Positions 53,701-54,873 of a DNA stretch of 54,873 nt are shown here, in pieces (position 1 is the first letter of the stretch; the number at the start of each line of letters is the position of its first letter). Origin of the DNA: an uncultured Bifidobacteriaceae bacterium (GTDB lineage Bacteria > Acidobacteriota > Vicinamibacteria > Vicinamibacterales > UBA2999); the NCBI GenBank assembly GCA_964400405.1, contig CAYNUO010000007.1:1-54873 (forward strand), written 5' to 3'. The position numbers and the translations under genes were made by a program. The notes below the pieces were generated by a model. The model searched no databases and was not told the origin of the DNA. It worked only from the letters and a program-made list of their open reading frames with translations.

Positions 53701-54598
53701 TGGTGGCTCGCTGGGCTACTCCCTGGCCGAGCGGATGGCGGACCCGGTCCGTCGCCTGGCGAGGGCCACGCGACGCATCAGCCGCGGCGATCTCGACGTG
53801 ACCGTGCTCGTGCGTTCGTCAGACGAGTTCCGGAATCTCGCCGAGGAGTTCAACGCCATGGCCGTGGAGCTCGGGCGGCAGCGCCGGCAGCTCGAACGGA
53901 CGAACCGGCTCGAAGCGTGGTCCGAGGTGGCGCGGCAGGTCGCGCACGACATCAAGAACCCGCTCACGCCGATTCAGCTGAACGCGGAGCACCTGCGGCG
54001 CGTTCACGCCGACCGCGGCGGGCCGATGGGCGCGGTCGTGGACGGCTGCGTGGACACGATCCTCGGACAGGTCCGCCTGCTCCGGTCCATCGCGTCCGAG
54101 TTCTCGAACTTTGCCTCGACACCGGCCGTGAAGGTCGAAGCGGTACCGGTCCGCGCGCTGGTCGAGACGCTGGTCGAACCGTACCTGGAGGCCCTGCAAG
54201 GCGCGGTGACGTTCATCCGCTCGGTGCCCGACGGGCTGCCGGACGTGGAGGTCGACCGCGCGCTGACGGCCAGGGCACTGGCCAACCTCGTCGAGAACGC
54301 GCTCCAGGCGATCGGACAGCGCGGCACGGTCACGATCGACGCGGCTGCCGAACGCGGCGCGGACGGACGGCCGGGTATCGCGATCGGCATCGCTGACAGC
54401 GGGCCCGGCATGGACGCGGGCTCGATCGCGCGCGCCTTCGAGCCCTACTTCTCGACCAAGACCGGTGGCACGGGTCTCGGCCTGCCGATCGCGAAGCGCA
54501 ACATCGAGGCGTCGGGCGGCGCGGTGCGCATGACGAGCGAGGCTGGAAGCGGCACGCGCGTCATCGTTTGGCTGCCCGCCGCCGAAACGCGATCGTAG
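50741..54598 (+). CDS. Very large membrane sensor histidine kinase (polytopic N-terminus, HAMP, HisKA, HATPase_c; NtrY-like output)
   Basis: 1285 aa, GTG start. HAMP LAERMADPVRRLARATRRISRGDLDVTV...EFRNLAEEFNAMA. H-box EVARQVAHDIKNPLTPIQL. N/G boxes NLVENALQA, DSGPGM, GGTGLGLPIAK. Confidence 0.9.
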   Translation: MSGTGDAPRVAPPWRALAWRFGVAVAGALLTWGGGTLLGRWTAPAGEETARAAARAHAGARHVLAAMEGAARDAREVPLESPLSSAGASRAFLALGAVRERQASRPSEGADLSGLGVSLVDADGRPLAWAGRAMRRTAALASPARPVWRMAEAPSGIEITRIECRGPWAADGCPMMVVEWWLPFADGDASAQVVELGGQHVTLVEPDGSGLAMTPVAIAAPDGTPLLSGTIAPRDLILQGRRWPLAVRSAALTLFALGCLSLIGPLRRWRATRAPSARMLPALLTAVPSVAAWLTLWLASPAEWWPHDALSGVRYASAGLPFVRSPFDAALAAALALAIAWTLAEVAAGSVRRRRKTHALHVRAVVGGVAAALLAHASTWVLRDAVGSSTLDLRQFSLLTWNPARVLLQSGLLGVVVALMLLAVVGLRGRRPWRRPPLVHGLLWLAPALAVWLLDREWAALLLAVTAVCAAASAHRVTGAVGRRAAGRRVAVAAALLAAATGAMYLELFRTSTTAAHEQVATRLAAEVLNQREAVKTRLQQAMDDVDALEGLNALVGGAAPGPADADRAFGVWQATALAAPVSSSLELADADGALLSRFAFNLPDETAGARPAGDSGCEWTVSEEVSPFFGEDRRVWRASRAVCQAGGTPSGFITIQATVDRSDLPFLAPVRPYAELQRRSGHLPARDMLGHDVEYTVYGWSGRPLYASRPAGWALAPDALAMAAGTRAGFWTRLTRGQEPYDVFVFNDRGAIHALGLPVAGWLAHVTAAAEALVLCGLCATLIGLGIAVLRWRPVSARRLWRAAASSYYRRLLVALIAAAVVPVAGLALLFRASVAAQMRVSLEQEAVRTASAAERAIADLAATPGGTVDDDLMVRVSRLVGADVNVYEGAQLLATSGRTLFASGLLPPRPPEGVYRDIVLGLRAESVIESVLGDVHYLTVGVPAGASRVPRLVTVPLPLRQESAEAEMAILDRRVLLVALFFVLAGGSLGYSLAERMADPVRRLARATRRISRGDLDVTVLVRSSDEFRNLAEEFNAMAVELGRQRRQLERTNRLEAWSEVARQVAHDIKNPLTPIQLNAEHLRRVHADRGGPMGAVVDGCVDTILGQVRLLRSIASEFSNFASTPAVKVEAVPVRALVETLVEPYLEALQGAVTFIRSVPDGLPDVEVDRALTARALANLVENALQAIGQRGTVTIDAAAERGADGRPGIAIGIADSGPGMDAGSIARAFEPYFSTKTGGTGLGLPIAKRNIEASGGAVRMTSEAGSGTRVIVWLPAAETRS

Positions 54599-54603
54599 AC
54601 GCC

Positions 54604-54793
54604 GCGGTTCCCACGGTCCGCTGACGGTCGCGGGCGGGCCATGCGCGCATCGTGCGCTCACTGCGCGCCTGTGAAGTGCACCGGGCTCGTGTACAGACTG
54701 ATTCGCGCTCGACGCGCGCATGGCCCGCCCACGCCCGGCCGCCCACGGACCGCTACCACTGCGGCTGACCTCGGCGGAAGCGCCCCGGAGCAC
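54604..54793 (+). repeat. Structured intergenic repeat element, copy B (first copy at 15372-15566)
   Basis: The core 54626-54738 is about 90% identical to 15394-15506. Inverted repeat gggcgggccatgcgcgc (54632-54648) with gcgcgcatggcccgccc (54714-54730). Starts 6 nt after the kinase stop codon. Confidence 0.8.
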
Positions 54794-54873
54794 CCGCACT
54801 GGGATGTACCACGGGGCGATCCCGGTGGCGCCTAGGACGCGGGCGTTGGCGCGGGGGTGTCTGGCGTGTTCTT

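Noticed and set aside
54832-54873. Possible 3' end of a minus-strand gene running off the window (...KNTPDTPAPTPAS-stop, stop at 54832-54834).
   Set aside because: Only 13 codons are visible, so there is no way to tell a real gene from a chance open frame. It is mentioned only as context for repeat copy B.

Overview
This is a 54.9-kb, very GC-rich (roughly two-thirds G+C by eye) chromosomal segment from a diderm bacterium. Tol-Pal, Lpt, a secretin and sigma-54 are all present. The style is reminiscent of Acidobacteriota-like soil lineages, but I cannot verify taxonomy. I call 46 protein-coding genes. They are tightly packed, and many start/stop codons overlap by 1-4 nt. The ORF track prints M for GTG/TTG starts and merges several real genes with spurious upstream extensions, so I re-set those starts by hand. 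The content is mostly housekeeping. Envelope genes: Tol-Pal (tolQ-tolR-tolA-like-tolB-pal-cpoB), Lpt (fused lptF/G, lptB, a giant LptC/LptA-like protein), an MltD-like transglycosylase, murQ plus a beta-lactamase-fold hydrolase. DNA and core metabolism genes: dnaE, recJ, recN, ssb, xerD, parAB, guaA, accA, miaB, rpoN, rapZ. I saw no rRNA, tRNA, CRISPR array, transposase or phage genes. Four things stand out. (1) An orphan PduA-like BMC-H shell gene sits directly upstream of (3 nt from) an acylating aldehyde dehydrogenase that carries a ~130-aa C-terminal tail, with no pentamer or other microcompartment genes nearby. (2) A nine-gene type IV filament cluster mixes T4aP-type alignment genes (PilM/N/O/P-like) with two GspG-type pseudopilins and a TPR-lipoprotein secretin that ends in a cohesin-like domain. 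(3) A ~190-bp structured intergenic element is present twice, with compensatory stem substitutions between the copies. (4) There are single-polypeptide LptF-LptG and LptC-(LptA)n-like fusions. All functional calls rest on motif recognition by eye; no database search was possible.
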